A stretch of DNA of 64,000 bases, taken from assembly GCA_049693715.1 (NCBI GenBank), contig JBAVQC010000317.1, positions 6,441 to 70,440 on the forward strand, read 5' to 3'. This document shows, piece after piece, positions 28,198 through 38,244 of this stretch (position 1 is the first letter of the stretch; each line of letters begins with the position of its first letter). Both the position numbers and the translations under genes were made by a program. The notes beneath the pieces were generated by a model. It worked only from the letters and a program-made list of their open reading frames with translations, searched no databases and was not told where the DNA came from. The stretch comes from Acidobacteriaceae bacterium (lineage in GTDB: Bacteria; Acidobacteriota; Terriglobia; Terriglobales; Acidobacteriaceae).

Positions 28198-28700
28198 CTC
28201 TGAAATTGCGCCGGCCAGCTGAGTTCTGAGATTTGCGTCGGGCTAAGCGATGCGGGATCTACCAGGTCGAGCCGCACTGGGGCGACGCCGCGGAACCCCA
28301 AAATTCTCGCCGCTGCGTACGAAAGATCGATCACCCGGTTTTGAGGTACAGGGCCTCGGTCGTTGACGCGGACCAGGACTGACCGATGGTTGCGTAGATT
28401 AGTAACCAGCACCGTGGCACCGAGAGGCAGGCTGCGGTGCGCGCATGTCATGGAGTTCATGTCGAAGGGTTCGCCGCTCGCGGTTGCCTGCCCTTGAAAC
28501 TGACCACCGTACCAGGATGCTCTTCCTAGTTGATGCCAGTTTCGGTGAGGAGGGGTCGCAGTGGCGGCTTGCGTATTTGCCTGGGGGACGCCCGGTTGAG
28601 CCTGGGTGGAACCGGGACTGATACAGATAGCCGATAATACAGCGCCGGCAAGAAGGGCGGGCCCAAAGGGCCAATGAGATTGGGTTGCGATAGTGGACAT
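28194..28700 (-). CDS. rlpA: Septal ring lytic transglycosylase RlpA family protein (DPBB domain)
   Basis: 168 aa with a signal peptide. The DPBB block is ASWYGGQFQGQATASGEPFDMNSMTCAHRSLPLGATVLVTNLRNHRSVLVRVNDRGP. Confidence 0.85.
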   Translation of the reverse strand: MSTIATQSHWPFGPALLAGAVLSAICISPGSTQAQPGVPQANTQAATATPPHRNWHQLGRASWYGGQFQGQATASGEPFDMNSMTCAHRSLPLGATVLVTNLRNHRSVLVRVNDRGPVPQNRVIDLSYAAARILGFRGVAPVRLDLVDPASLSPTQISELSWPAQFQR

Positions 28701-28940
28701 TGTTCTCCTGTCGTCATTGTATGGAGCGCTTCTGGCCTAAGTCAAATATTGTCAATTACTTATTGGCTTTTTCCTCCGGGTGAGAGAGCTGTTTTGCCCT
28801 CGTCTATTAGACGCCAACCGGGCGCCTCGTGTTGTGGGAAAGAAGGAGATTTCCTCACCAAAGTCATTCGTGACCCGAAAATCCCTATCGGCGGAGCATA
28901 CACTGGCAAAACGGTTTCTGCCCGGAAATGAGTCAAAACT

Positions 28941-29792
28941 GTGGAAAATATACGAAGAAATCGGTTGCATTCCGAAAAATGCACCACTCCTGTAGCACTT
29001 ACCATCGCCGGCTTCGATCCGGGTTCGGGGGCCGGGGTAACCGCTGACCTGAAAACCTTCGCCGCTCACAGCATTTATGGGGTGGCTTGCATCTCGGCCA
29101 TGACCGTGCAATCAACCCAGGGTGTCCGTGCGGTCGAGCCATTGTCGGCCGGCCTGGTACGCGCGACGCTCGACTGCCTGGTCGATGACGTTGCCTTATC
29201 CGGAATAAAGATCGGGATGTTGGGAACCTCTGCCGTGGCGGCCGAAGTCGCCTCCTTTTTGCGGGCTCAATCCACCAGGATTCCGAGGGAGCGGATTGTG
29301 CTCGATCCGGTGCTTCGTTCGACTTCGGGGACTCCTCTCATCGATGCAAATGGGGTGCGCGTTATCCGCGACGAACTGCTCCATTGCGTTGGATGGATCA
29401 CGCCGAATCTCCACGAATTGGCAATTCTTGTCGGCGATGATTTGGAAACTTTGAGTCGCGATCAATTCCCGGCCGCCGCTGCTCGACTAAGGGAAGGGAA
29501 TGCGGAGTTAGGAGTGGTCGTTACCGGCGGTCATTTGGCTCAGCCGGATGACTTTCTGTTTTCCCCTTCCGGAGAAGAGGCGTGGCTGCCGGGTGAGAGG
29601 ATCGCCACCAACTCGACGCACGGTACCGGCTGCGCCTTCTCGACCGCAATGCTATGCGGGCTAATCTCCGGCCTGAATCCGAAAGACGCTGTCGCATCCG
29701 CGAAGGCATACGTCACGGAAGCACTCCGCGCAGCCTATCCGATTGGCGAAGGCAAAGGCCCCATGAACCACCTGTTTCGCTTTGACCATTAA
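28941..29792 (+). CDS. thiD: Bifunctional hydroxymethylpyrimidine/phosphomethylpyrimidine kinase
   Basis: ALTIAGFDPGSGAGVTADLKTF plus ribokinase-like C-terminal motifs (VVTGGH.., THGTGCAFS). The start is uncertain; an in-frame TTG about 24 nt downstream would give a more typical N-terminus. Confidence 0.9.
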   Translation: MENIRRNRLHSEKCTTPVALTIAGFDPGSGAGVTADLKTFAAHSIYGVACISAMTVQSTQGVRAVEPLSAGLVRATLDCLVDDVALSGIKIGMLGTSAVAAEVASFLRAQSTRIPRERIVLDPVLRSTSGTPLIDANGVRVIRDELLHCVGWITPNLHELAILVGDDLETLSRDQFPAAAARLREGNAELGVVVTGGHLAQPDDFLFSPSGEEAWLPGERIATNSTHGTGCAFSTAMLCGLISGLNPKDAVASAKAYVTEALRAAYPIGEGKGPMNHLFRFDH

Positions 29793-29894
29793 CAAACCTG
29801 CTTAGGAAATGAACTCTGCCGTTTGCCATTCCCCGTCGTCGCAAGCGCCGGAGGAAATCGGACGGGCGCCCCTTCTATTTATCACTAAACCGGT

Positions 29895-29921
29895 CCGGCC
29901 CCACGCGTCGCGTGGGGCCGG
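29895..29921. terminator. GC-rich palindromic hairpin between convergent genes (possible bidirectional terminator)
   Basis: The sequence ccggccccacgcg-t-cgcgtggggccgg is a perfect 13/13 palindrome. On the minus strand it is followed by accggttt. No strong U-tract on the plus strand. Confidence 0.4.
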
Positions 29922-29985
29922 ATGATTGTGTGGGGGAGGTTTTGCTATTTAAACTTCTCTCACGCTAACAACGAAAGGCGGGCGC

Positions 29986-31320
29986 CTACCGTTGGGCGAG
30001 TTCAATTTCCAGACGTGTATTCTTGGCGAACACAACCTCGTGTCCCCGCGCGATCCAGGTGTCGAATACCACCTTTCCGACCTCATAATAAGCAAACCCC
30101 GAAATCAGGCCGCCACTCCCCGACGCGGTTCCGATAACCCGGGTCAGAAGGTCGAGTCCGTTGCTGGTCATCGCTTCCTTGACCAGGCCGGCGCCCGTGC
30201 CGTCGGATACCGCAGCCAGCGCACCGAGGGTAATGGGCGCCAGGAAACGGTTCGAGCTGTTGGCCTTGATCTGACCTTCGTTGTCGATCTGTACCCGGTC
30301 GCTCCGAACGCTCTCGACGCCGATCACGCGGCCGTGCACAACCCGCTCGTCGCCGGCGGGCAATTCCGCTTTGCGGAAGGTCAAGCGAAGGCTGCCGTTG
30401 TGTCCAAACATGCCAGCGGGCTTGGCCGCGACCACGCTGCCGATCAGGTGCGTGCCCTCGGGCAGTAACAACTTTCCGTGGACCTCGGTCCCAGCCGGAG
30501 CCGTCGCGTCCGCCACCTGCACCGTGGTTGACGGCTCGGTTTCGAAGAGAGGTTGGGTCAGCACTGCCTCAACCGGCATTCCCGCAGTCGCGGTGTTTGA
30601 ATCCACGGGATCAATCAGCCGAGCTTCGATGTTGCCCGTAAGCTTGAGTTCGTTGAGATCCGCAGCCTCAGCCGGCGCCGGTACGTTCTGTCCCGTTAGC
30701 TCCAATGGCTGCTTCAGTTCCGCGTCGTACTGCGTACCGGCCCACAGTTCCTGGGGATGAACCGGAACCTGCGCATAAAGTGTCTGCTTTGCGGTGTCCC
30801 ACTTATTCGGCGCCGCGAATGCAGCAACAGTCTCCCGCTTGGTCCAACGGAAGGCTGCAGCGATGCGTTGTCCCAGGGAGTGGCGGGGAGCCTGCTCGGG
30901 GGCGGCCATGCGCACGAGCTTAGAGGTGCGCTCGGTAGCATCGGTATCAATGTTGAAATGCCGGCCATCCGGCGTCTCCAGGTCGTTAAAGGTCACATCC
31001 GCATTCTTAAGCGGCGTCAGGTCGCCGTTGAACATCGCTGCCGTACGCACCTGGCGGCTGACCGAGTGCTTGCTGGTAATGGTCCCGTATACCTTCGAAT
31101 CCGCCGGGATCGCCACGTGGTCGATCAGGTAGACGGCCTCAGTCAGATGGCCCTGGATCCGGGTTCCGACGTGAAGGGGATAGCTCTTGTCGAGCTCCAC
31201 CCGCAACGGAACACCTGCCGGGACAAGCTCCGCAGTTTGTGGCGCCAGATCCTGAGCAAATGCTGATCCCGTGGTTGTGGCCACAGTTGCGGCGAACAAT
31301 GCTGCGAGAGCTATTTTCAT
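29986..31320 (-). CDS. Secreted hypothetical protein
   Basis: Start taken at ATG 31320 (MKIALAALFAATVATTTGSAFAQ, a clear signal peptide). About 444 aa, beta-rich, with two internally similar segments. No recognisable family. Confidence 0.55.
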   Translation of the reverse strand: MKIALAALFAATVATTTGSAFAQDLAPQTAELVPAGVPLRVELDKSYPLHVGTRIQGHLTEAVYLIDHVAIPADSKVYGTITSKHSVSRQVRTAAMFNGDLTPLKNADVTFNDLETPDGRHFNIDTDATERTSKLVRMAAPEQAPRHSLGQRIAAAFRWTKRETVAAFAAPNKWDTAKQTLYAQVPVHPQELWAGTQYDAELKQPLELTGQNVPAPAEAADLNELKLTGNIEARLIDPVDSNTATAGMPVEAVLTQPLFETEPSTTVQVADATAPAGTEVHGKLLLPEGTHLIGSVVAAKPAGMFGHNGSLRLTFRKAELPAGDERVVHGRVIGVESVRSDRVQIDNEGQIKANSSNRFLAPITLGALAAVSDGTGAGLVKEAMTSNGLDLLTRVIGTASGSGGLISGFAYYEVGKVVFDTWIARGHEVVFAKNTRLEIELAQR

Positions 31321-31600
31321 GGATGGACCCCCCGGCGTAAGTGTGGATGCACTACGCGTCGCATTTCGCTTGACGACACCGAAAGCCATGTCTTCTGATA
31401 CCGTGACTTGGGGGAGGAAGGAAATGCGGTTGTGTCGAAACAGGCGGGCGGGAAACAGGGTTGCGGTGGATTACCGCGACTTGGCTTGCCGGACGACCAT
31501 TCCTCTACCGATTTCTATGTCCGAGAGTAGGCCGTCCAGAAGCGGGAGTATATCACTCGTTGGTTGCAAAAGTGTCCCAAAAAAAATCACCAGAAGGTAA

Positions 31601-32023
31601 CTAAGAAGCGACACTTTTCGATGGTTGTACGTCTCCTTCAATGACGAGAAAACGTCGAATGTAGCGAAGCGGCTCGTCGTGAGCCGCCATTTCACGCAGG
31701 TGATATTTCCATACGTCGGCTTTCAAGGTCCGGCGGGTAAAGGGTTTGCGGGTCACGGTAACGATGCGTCCATCCTTATCCCGCCGCGTGTAACTGGCCG
31801 CGGGTACCAGGAAGCTGATCTGAGAACCCTGCTTCCAGAAACTTCGGGCAAATTCGTGAGCGAAAAGGAGGGCGTAGTAGCGGCGCCCCTGGGCAAGCAG
31901 CTCGACCGCATCGTCAAAACTGCTCCAGGATGGGTCGACGGCGGTCTGAAACCATCTGCGGAACGGGAATCCATTGGTGCGTGCCTGGCGAATGACGATG
32001 CGAAGAAGTTCCTGCCTGGTCAT
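31601..32023 (-). CDS. Hypothetical protein
   Basis: 140-aa ORF with coding-like composition. No recognisable motifs. Confidence 0.45.
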   Translation of the reverse strand: MTRQELLRIVIRQARTNGFPFRRWFQTAVDPSWSSFDDAVELLAQGRRYYALLFAHEFARSFWKQGSQISFLVPAASYTRRDKDGRIVTVTRKPFTRRTLKADVWKYHLREMAAHDEPLRYIRRFLVIEGDVQPSKSVAS

Positions 32024-32149
32024 AGCGTCTTTTCGTTGCCCCAGATACTTTAAAGGAGGCTCTTATACCTGGTGTCGAACGTCCTCCAGATTTCTTCACC
32101 CTTTAGTTACTTATTTAGCGCCAAAGAGTCACCGGATTGCTACTAGTTA

Positions 32150-33475
32150 ATGAAATTTAATGGAAAAACTCGAAGGCTTCGCACCCCTGGCGGCGGCCCG
32201 GCTTCGGCTCGGTCGGCCCGAGTTAAGTCCAGCGCTATCAGTCGCTTTCGCCAAATTCGGCGGAAGCCAGTTATCTATCTGGCCATTCTGGTGCTGCTGT
32301 TTCCGGCATTGGGGCGCGGCGCGGTTACCACACCATCCGGGGTGGATACCAACCCGCTCAATCTCGATCCCCTGGTGCGTCAGGCCTTTGAACGCTTCTA
32401 TATCCTCGACTACGACGGCGCTCTGGCGCGTTTCGAAAAGGTGCAGGAGAAGAACCCTGACAGCCCGCTCGCCGCAGACTACGTATTGTATACCGTCATC
32501 TTCCGCGAGCTCTATCGTCTCGATCTGCTCGACACCACCTTCTACGCCCATGACGGATTTTTGGCCGGCAAGCACGCCGTGGTGGCCGCCCCCGGTGTCG
32601 CTGGGCAAGTTAACTCCTTATTTACCATCGCTATGGCACTTTCTGAGCAACAGCTGGACAAGCGGCCGGAGGACGTGGACGCGCTCTTTGCGCGAGGTTG
32701 GGCCCGCAGCCTGCGCGCGGTGTACATCGGTCTCATCCAACGGAGCTTCATTTCCGCGCTTCACTTCGCTTTGCAGGCGCGCGGCGACAACGAGAAGGTT
32801 TTAAAGCTTGACCCTCGCTACGTCGACGCCAAACTTGTGGTCGGGGTGCACCAGTATGTGACCGGCAGTTTGCCGTTCGGGATTAAAATGCTTGCCGGTG
32901 TCGCCGGTATTACTGGATCTAAGTCGAAGGGAATAGAAGACTTACGCGATGCCGGGGCGCATGGTGTGATCTCCTCGGTCGAGGCCCGGACGGCGTTGGG
33001 GCTGTTCCTGCGCCGGGAAGCAAGGTATGACGAGGCAATTGCCGTGACCCGAACCCTGACCGAGCAATTCCCACGCGACTTCCTGTTCCGGCTGGAACTG
33101 GCCAACCTGACCAAAGACGTCGGCGAGGGCCCAGCCGCCATAACGCAATATCAGCAGCTTATCGAGCAAGCAAAGAAACCAGGTTATTTCCCGTCGGCCC
33201 GCCTGGAACTTGCCTGGTTCGGGCTTGCCGATACGCTGCAGGGACAGAAGCATTACTCGGAAGCGGCCGATGCCTACAATGAGGCGACCATTCAACCGAC
33301 CATCAGCGTGGACCTCAAAGGCCGCTGCGATCTCAACTCGGGCAAGATGTACGATCTTTTAAATGAACGAGATATGGCGCTCAAACAGTACGAGGCGGTG
33401 CTCCGCCAGGACGGCGACTCGGCCCAGGCAGAGTCGGCGCGGAAATACCTGAAATCTCCCTTTACTCTGCACTAG
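32150..33475 (+). CDS. Membrane-anchored TPR-repeat protein
   Basis: 441 aa with a basic N-terminus and a TM helix (VIYLAILVLLFPALG). TPR-like helical repeats occupy the C-terminal half (..YDEAIAV..,..YSEAADAYNEA..,..RDMALKQYEAVL). Confidence 0.65.
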   Translation: MKFNGKTRRLRTPGGGPASARSARVKSSAISRFRQIRRKPVIYLAILVLLFPALGRGAVTTPSGVDTNPLNLDPLVRQAFERFYILDYDGALARFEKVQEKNPDSPLAADYVLYTVIFRELYRLDLLDTTFYAHDGFLAGKHAVVAAPGVAGQVNSLFTIAMALSEQQLDKRPEDVDALFARGWARSLRAVYIGLIQRSFISALHFALQARGDNEKVLKLDPRYVDAKLVVGVHQYVTGSLPFGIKMLAGVAGITGSKSKGIEDLRDAGAHGVISSVEARTALGLFLRREARYDEAIAVTRTLTEQFPRDFLFRLELANLTKDVGEGPAAITQYQQLIEQAKKPGYFPSARLELAWFGLADTLQGQKHYSEAADAYNEATIQPTISVDLKGRCDLNSGKMYDLLNERDMALKQYEAVLRQDGDSAQAESARKYLKSPFTLH

Positions 33476-33496
33476 AATGGTCCGGAGAGGTGTCGA

Positions 33497-33841
33497 ATGG
33501 CTTCGTATTGTTCTGCCTGTGGCGTCTCGCTCCCCGGGGGAGCACGCTTTTGCTCAGCCTGCGGCAAGCCGGTTACCGTGCCCGGAGTTGCCAATTCTAC
33601 CCAATCTGACTGGTCGCGGCTCTCGGTCCGGCCGCGCGCCGGAAGAAAGCTGGCCGGCGTTTGCCGGGGTCTCGCCAACCAATATGGCTGGGATGTCACC
33701 TTGACCAGAGTCATCGCCGTCGTGCTGGCGATCATGGTGTTTCCCGTCGGCCTTGTCGCCTATGGGTTGCTGTGGCTCATGATGCCCGACGAGCCCCTTG
33801 CCCTCCCGGCCACCACGCAACATCTGGATACAGCCACCTAG
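33497..33841 (+). CDS. Zinc-ribbon plus PspC-domain membrane protein
   Basis: CSACG..x9..CSACG zinc ribbon followed by a PspC block (RPRAGRKLAGVCRGLANQYGWDVTLTRVIAVVLAI) and a TM helix. Confidence 0.75.
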   Translation: MASYCSACGVSLPGGARFCSACGKPVTVPGVANSTQSDWSRLSVRPRAGRKLAGVCRGLANQYGWDVTLTRVIAVVLAIMVFPVGLVAYGLLWLMMPDEPLALPATTQHLDTAT

Positions 33842-33905
33842 ACAAATCAACGGCTGATCCGCAAATAGAAATCCTTACTGAGTTCCATCAGGAGGCCTCT
33901 GGCTT

Positions 33906-35204
33906 TTGAAATATAAGACCGGACTTACCAGCCGTCCCTTTCACTATCCCAAACGCAAATCGACATTGTATTGTGAGCAGGTTTCCCTGCCGTCGCTAGC
34001 GGTGAAATACGGGACCCCCCTCTATGTCTATTCAGCGGGGCAGATACTCGACCGTTATCAGCTTTTCTCGAATGCCTTTGCTCATCGCGATCACCTCATT
34101 TGCTATTCCGTAAAGGCGAATTCCAATCTCTCTATCCTCAAGCTGCTGGCAGCTCGCGGTTCGGGATTTGATATTGTCTCCGGGGGAGAACTTCAGCGCC
34201 TCCTCAGCGTGAATAAGAAAGCCGCTCACCGAGTGGTCTTTTCGGGTGTGGGCAAGACAGCCGCGGAGCTCGATCTTGCCCTGGCTGCCGGCATCTTGAT
34301 CTTCAATGTGGAGAGTGAATCTGAGGCCGCCTTGTTGGCCGAGCGGGCGAGCAAGCGTCGTATCCGGGCCCGGGTCGCCCTCCGGGTCAACCCGGATGTT
34401 TTCGCGGAAACCCATCCTTATATATCGACCGGCCTGCGCGAGCACAAGTTCGGTATCGACATCAAGTCCGCCCGGTCGGTCTATCAGGAAATCAAACGAT
34501 CGCGATACCTCGATCCGGTCGGCATCAGCGTCCACATCGGATCCCAGATCCAGACCGCCGAGCCATTTGGGGCCGCGCTCGCGGGAGTAGCCGAGCTGAT
34601 CCGCGAACTCGAAGCGGACGGCATCCAGATCAAGTTCGTAGACGCCGGCGGTGGCCTGGGCATCGACTACCGCGGTGGAGTCCCTAGCTTCGATCCTGCT
34701 GCGGCGATGGCAAAGTATGCGGCCGCGGTCGAACGGTCTCTCGATGGGCTTCAGGTTCGCCTGCTGCTCGAGCCCGGCCGCTTCTTGATTGCCCAAGCCG
34801 GGGCCTTGCTGGCCAGGGTTCTGGTGGTCAAGCGCAATGGCAGTAAGACTTTCGTAATCACCGACGCCGGGATGAACGACCTCATCCGGCCGGCCCTATA
34901 CCAAGCCCACCATGAGATTCTGCCCGTGATCCAAAATCCGAAGGCGCGACCCGCCGTGGTAGATATCGTCGGCCCGGTGTGTGAGACGGGAGACTTCTTT
35001 GCCCGGGATCGGGAAATGCCGGAGGTAAAGGAAGGAGACCTGGTGGCGATTCTGGACGCCGGTGCCTACGGCATGTCCTTGAGCTCCAATTACAACTCCC
35101 GGCCCCGCCCCGCGGAAGTTCTGGTCAAGGGCAAGCGAGCCCGGCTGGTCCGCCGCCGGGAAACCATCCGCGACCTGATAAAGCAGGAAAAACGGCTCGC
35201 CTAA
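33906..35204 (+). CDS. lysA: Diaminopimelate decarboxylase
   Basis: 432 aa with a TTG start preceded by AGGAGG. The PLP-lysine context is CYSVKANSN. Overall it shows an Orn/DAP/Arg decarboxylase pattern (GTPLYVY, EPGR, CETGD). Confidence 0.95.
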   Translation: MKYKTGLTSRPFHYPKRKSTLYCEQVSLPSLAVKYGTPLYVYSAGQILDRYQLFSNAFAHRDHLICYSVKANSNLSILKLLAARGSGFDIVSGGELQRLLSVNKKAAHRVVFSGVGKTAAELDLALAAGILIFNVESESEAALLAERASKRRIRARVALRVNPDVFAETHPYISTGLREHKFGIDIKSARSVYQEIKRSRYLDPVGISVHIGSQIQTAEPFGAALAGVAELIRELEADGIQIKFVDAGGGLGIDYRGGVPSFDPAAAMAKYAAAVERSLDGLQVRLLLEPGRFLIAQAGALLARVLVVKRNGSKTFVITDAGMNDLIRPALYQAHHEILPVIQNPKARPAVVDIVGPVCETGDFFARDREMPEVKEGDLVAILDAGAYGMSLSSNYNSRPRPAEVLVKGKRARLVRRRETIRDLIKQEKRLA

Positions 35205-35210
35205 TTGGCT

Positions 35211-35575
35211 TTTTGAAGGGTACGGGCTTCACGCTCAGTTGCTGGAAACGGCGCCAAAAACCGTACCTCAGGGACCTCAGGGGCTAAAGCCCATCGTAGT
35301 TTCAAGCAGTTGCGGCACGACTAAAGTCGTGCCCTGATACAAAGCGGATTTTTTCAGCAACCTGTAAAGCCGTGTCTATCCGAATAATTTATGGCACGGC
35401 TGAATCCGTGCCCTTCGTACAAGGCATTTTTCCGCAGCCTGTTTAGCCCGTGTGTGAAAAACCTTAGAATTTCAAAATCGAGTCCCGTAGGGACGACTGG
35501 AAGTTACCCGATAATTTTTTCAGCCGTCCCCATTCGACAAGCTCAGGGCAGGCTCTACGGGACTCGATTTTGAGA
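35211..35575. repeat. Composite array of short hairpin (REP-like) units
   Basis: Hairpins ggcacgac-taaa-gtcgtgcc (35313-35332) and ggcacgg-ctgaat-ccgtgcc (35392-35411). Duplicated motif ttttcagcaacctgtaaagccgtg / tttttccgcagcctgtttagcccgtg. Units of the GTCCC-GTA-GGGAC type are also present. Inverted copies aaaatcgagtcccgtag.. / ..ctacgggactcgatttt flank the last part. Confidence 0.75.
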
Positions 35576-35681
35576 TGTTCCCATAAATAAACCCGGGACG
35601 ATCATTGGGCCTTTTTTCACCCCCACAAAAGCAACCGGCGGGCATGTGCCCGAGCCGGTTGCTTCAACTGCAGCAATCGAT

Positions 35682-36164
35682 CTACTGCGAAAGGGAGTGA
35701 ACCGAGGCCAGTGTATTCTCCGCCGGCTCAGTAGACTGCGCCTGCGTCGTGAGTTCCTCTGGTTGAGCGGAAGAGCCGGATAGGGTGCGGCCAATCGCTG
35801 AATCCTGCGTGTGGTTAGGTCCCAGTCCCAAACTAATCAGGGCTCGACTGTCGGGAGTTAGCTTAGTCTGCCAGCCGTGGTCCGACTGATACTGCCGCAT
35901 TGCCACCTGTGTTTGTGAGTCCCATTGTCCCGTGGGTGCGCCCGCCAGGTATTTCTGGCGGATCAATGCGGTCTGAATCTCAGTCGCGCGACCGGAATCA
36001 ATGGCACGCTGACCGTGGATACGATTGACCCTCTTGCCCTTTTTAGAGGATGTCACCCTGGAATGACCGGAGGTGGGTGCGCGGTGGGTTCGGCTGCCAA
36101 ATGCGGGAGTGATAGCCAGTGTGCACAGCAACAAAAAAGCCTGGCTTGCTCGAAGAGACGGCAT
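35682..36164 (-). CDS. Secreted protein with peptidoglycan-binding (PG_binding_1-like) domain
   Basis: 160 aa with a signal peptide. The PG_binding_1-type block is TEIQTALIRQKYLAGAPTGQWDSQTQVAMRQYQSDHGW. Confidence 0.6.
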   Translation of the reverse strand: MPSLRASQAFLLLCTLAITPAFGSRTHRAPTSGHSRVTSSKKGKRVNRIHGQRAIDSGRATEIQTALIRQKYLAGAPTGQWDSQTQVAMRQYQSDHGWQTKLTPDSRALISLGLGPNHTQDSAIGRTLSGSSAQPEELTTQAQSTEPAENTLASVHSLSQ

Positions 36165-36364
36165 GCTTACCTCGACTAGGGGAGTTTCTTGCTTCTCGTC
36201 ACATTATAAGGAGAACGGCAGGATTGCAATGGCTACCAATCCCGGCGGCACGATATTTCTCGCCGCCGGTAATGGTTACCATGTAAATTGTCCAACTTTA
36301 CCGGATGAGGTGTCCCAGTACATTACTTTCTGGTGAGATAAGTTAACCCATCCGGGCAAATTAT

Positions 36365-37993
36365 CTACGGAAGTGTTCCTCCGAGATAGGTTCCACCACC
36401 CGATGGATTGCGCGAGTCCACCACCCGGAAGCCCACATCCTGCCCTGCCTTCAACCCGGAAACCAGGGACTGGAATTGCTCCAGGGTGGTGACCGGCTGC
36501 CGGTTGATTTCCGTGATGACCATGCCTACAGCCAATCCGGACTCGTCGGCAAAAGACCCCGGCTTCACCTGGGTTACCAGAACACCATGGAGCCCCTTGC
36601 TGGCCAGAGGCCCAGGAACAGCTTCCACCGTGACACCAAGTTTGCCTTCGGACGCATTCGGCGCACTTTCCGGTCCATTCTCTCCACTTTGCGAGGCGGG
36701 TTGGGCCGCGTACAGCTTGGCACGGTCAGCAATGGTGAGGGTAGCCGTCGAAGTCTGCCCGGCGCGAACGTAACCCAAATGAACCGAGCTTCCGGGCCTA
36801 CGAGCTGCAATATCGGTTACCAGCGCATCGCCATCCTTTATAGGCTTGCCATCCACGGTAGTAATAATGTCACCAGCTTTCATGCCGGCCTGATCCGCAG
36901 GTCCCTTCGGACTCACCTGATTGACCAGCACTCCAGACTTGAACCCGTAGACACGCTGCACCGCCGGATTCAGGCTGGCCTGGAACTGAACGCCGATGGA
37001 ACCCCGGATCACCTTGTGCTCCGGTCCAATCAGGTCGTTGTAGACGCCGATCACAGTGTTGGACGGCATGGCGAAGCCGATCCCCTCATAACCGGCTGAT
37101 TGGGTCAGGATCGCTGTATTGACCCCAATGACCTGGTCAGCCATATTGACCAGCGGTCCTCCCGAATTGCCAGGGTTGATGGCCGCATCGGTCTGAATGA
37201 AGTGCTGGAACTGGCCGGCGGCTCCTTTTTCGATGGTACGGTTCTTGGCCGAGACGATCCCCGCCGTGACCGTCTGGGTGAGGGCAAAGGGGCTGCCGAT
37301 GGCAATGACCCAGTCACCTACCTGGCCGGAATCGGAATTGCCCATCTTTACCGTGGGTAGGGGCTCAGTGGCGGTGATCTTCACGACTGCCAGATCCGTA
37401 TCCTTATCTACACCCACTACCTTGCCGGGCCGGCCCTGAAAGCCTTCGGGGTCAGTAGAAAGCTTGACGAAAATCTTGTCGGCCTTCTCCACCACGTGGT
37501 TGTTGGTGATGATGTAACCGCGGGCGTCCACAATGAAGCCCGAGCCGAGAGACTCGCGGACCTGGTCACCCTGTTCAGGCGCGCCGCCGCCACCACCCTG
37601 GCCGCCGAAGAATCGGTTGAAGAAATCCTGAAAGTTCTGGTCGGGGCCCTGACCGTCCCCACCGTCATCATCACCGCCACCCGGAGGAACCGCGGGCTGT
37701 GCGTGAGGGTTTCGGCGCCGCGGGCGGGACGACTCTTCCTGAGGCAGGGTTTCTGTATTGATGTTCACCACCGCCGGGCCGACATTCTTGGCGATTTGGG
37801 TAAACGTGGTCGACAGGGTGATCGGATCGGGAATCTTCAGCGGGGTAGCGTCGGTGCTATCGGTCTGCGTTTCATTTCCGCGAACACCATGGACCGCAAC
37901 AGACCCAATCAAAATGCCGGCTGAAAGCGTGCCGAGAATCGTAAATGTTGAAGCGAGACGGCTTGCGCGAAGCCGTTCGAGCAGGGGTTTCAT
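36365..37993 (-). CDS. degP: Do/HtrA-family periplasmic serine endopeptidase with two PDZ domains
   Basis: 542 aa with trypsin-like motifs (TNNHVV, D..DLAV, GNSGGPL) followed by two PDZ-like segments. Confidence 0.9.
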   Translation of the reverse strand: MKPLLERLRASRLASTFTILGTLSAGILIGSVAVHGVRGNETQTDSTDATPLKIPDPITLSTTFTQIAKNVGPAVVNINTETLPQEESSRPRRRNPHAQPAVPPGGGDDDGGDGQGPDQNFQDFFNRFFGGQGGGGGAPEQGDQVRESLGSGFIVDARGYIITNNHVVEKADKIFVKLSTDPEGFQGRPGKVVGVDKDTDLAVVKITATEPLPTVKMGNSDSGQVGDWVIAIGSPFALTQTVTAGIVSAKNRTIEKGAAGQFQHFIQTDAAINPGNSGGPLVNMADQVIGVNTAILTQSAGYEGIGFAMPSNTVIGVYNDLIGPEHKVIRGSIGVQFQASLNPAVQRVYGFKSGVLVNQVSPKGPADQAGMKAGDIITTVDGKPIKDGDALVTDIAARRPGSSVHLGYVRAGQTSTATLTIADRAKLYAAQPASQSGENGPESAPNASEGKLGVTVEAVPGPLASKGLHGVLVTQVKPGSFADESGLAVGMVITEINRQPVTTLEQFQSLVSGLKAGQDVGFRVVDSRNPSGGGTYLGGTLP

Positions 37994-38244
37994 CTGGGTC
38001 TAACCTCGTCGGTTGGGAAGCATACAAGGGCTGGCGGCTCTATGGAGGATGGCACCACTGTGTGCTCTCATCAGTATAGCCAAAACCCGGCGGTTGAAAC
38101 GGCGCGCTGTTGCAGTGATTGGTGCCGCAGCAACATTACTAACTATTAGACGCTGACAATTCAGCATCGGTCACAGAATGGACCTTAATCCCAACAGCTG
38201 TGTTTCGTATCGGTCCTGAATCAGTGGATGTTACCTAGGTAACG

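Noticed and set aside
28701-28940. TPP (THI-box) riboswitch upstream of thiD
   Set aside because: The region has gggtgagag and gggaaag fragments. It lacks the conserved CUGAGA...ACCUGAUCUGGAUAAUGCCAGCG core, so I could not build the riboswitch helices.
35211-35575. CRISPR array
   Set aside because: The repeats are of several different kinds, are palindromic, and are irregularly spaced without unique spacers of constant length. No cas genes are in the window.
36229-36336. 35-aa ORF (MATNPGGTIFLAAGNGYHVNCPTLPDEVSQYITFW) with AAGGAG 15 nt upstream
   Set aside because: Very short, with long SD spacing, moderate codon bias and no recognisable motif. Cannot be supported from sequence alone.
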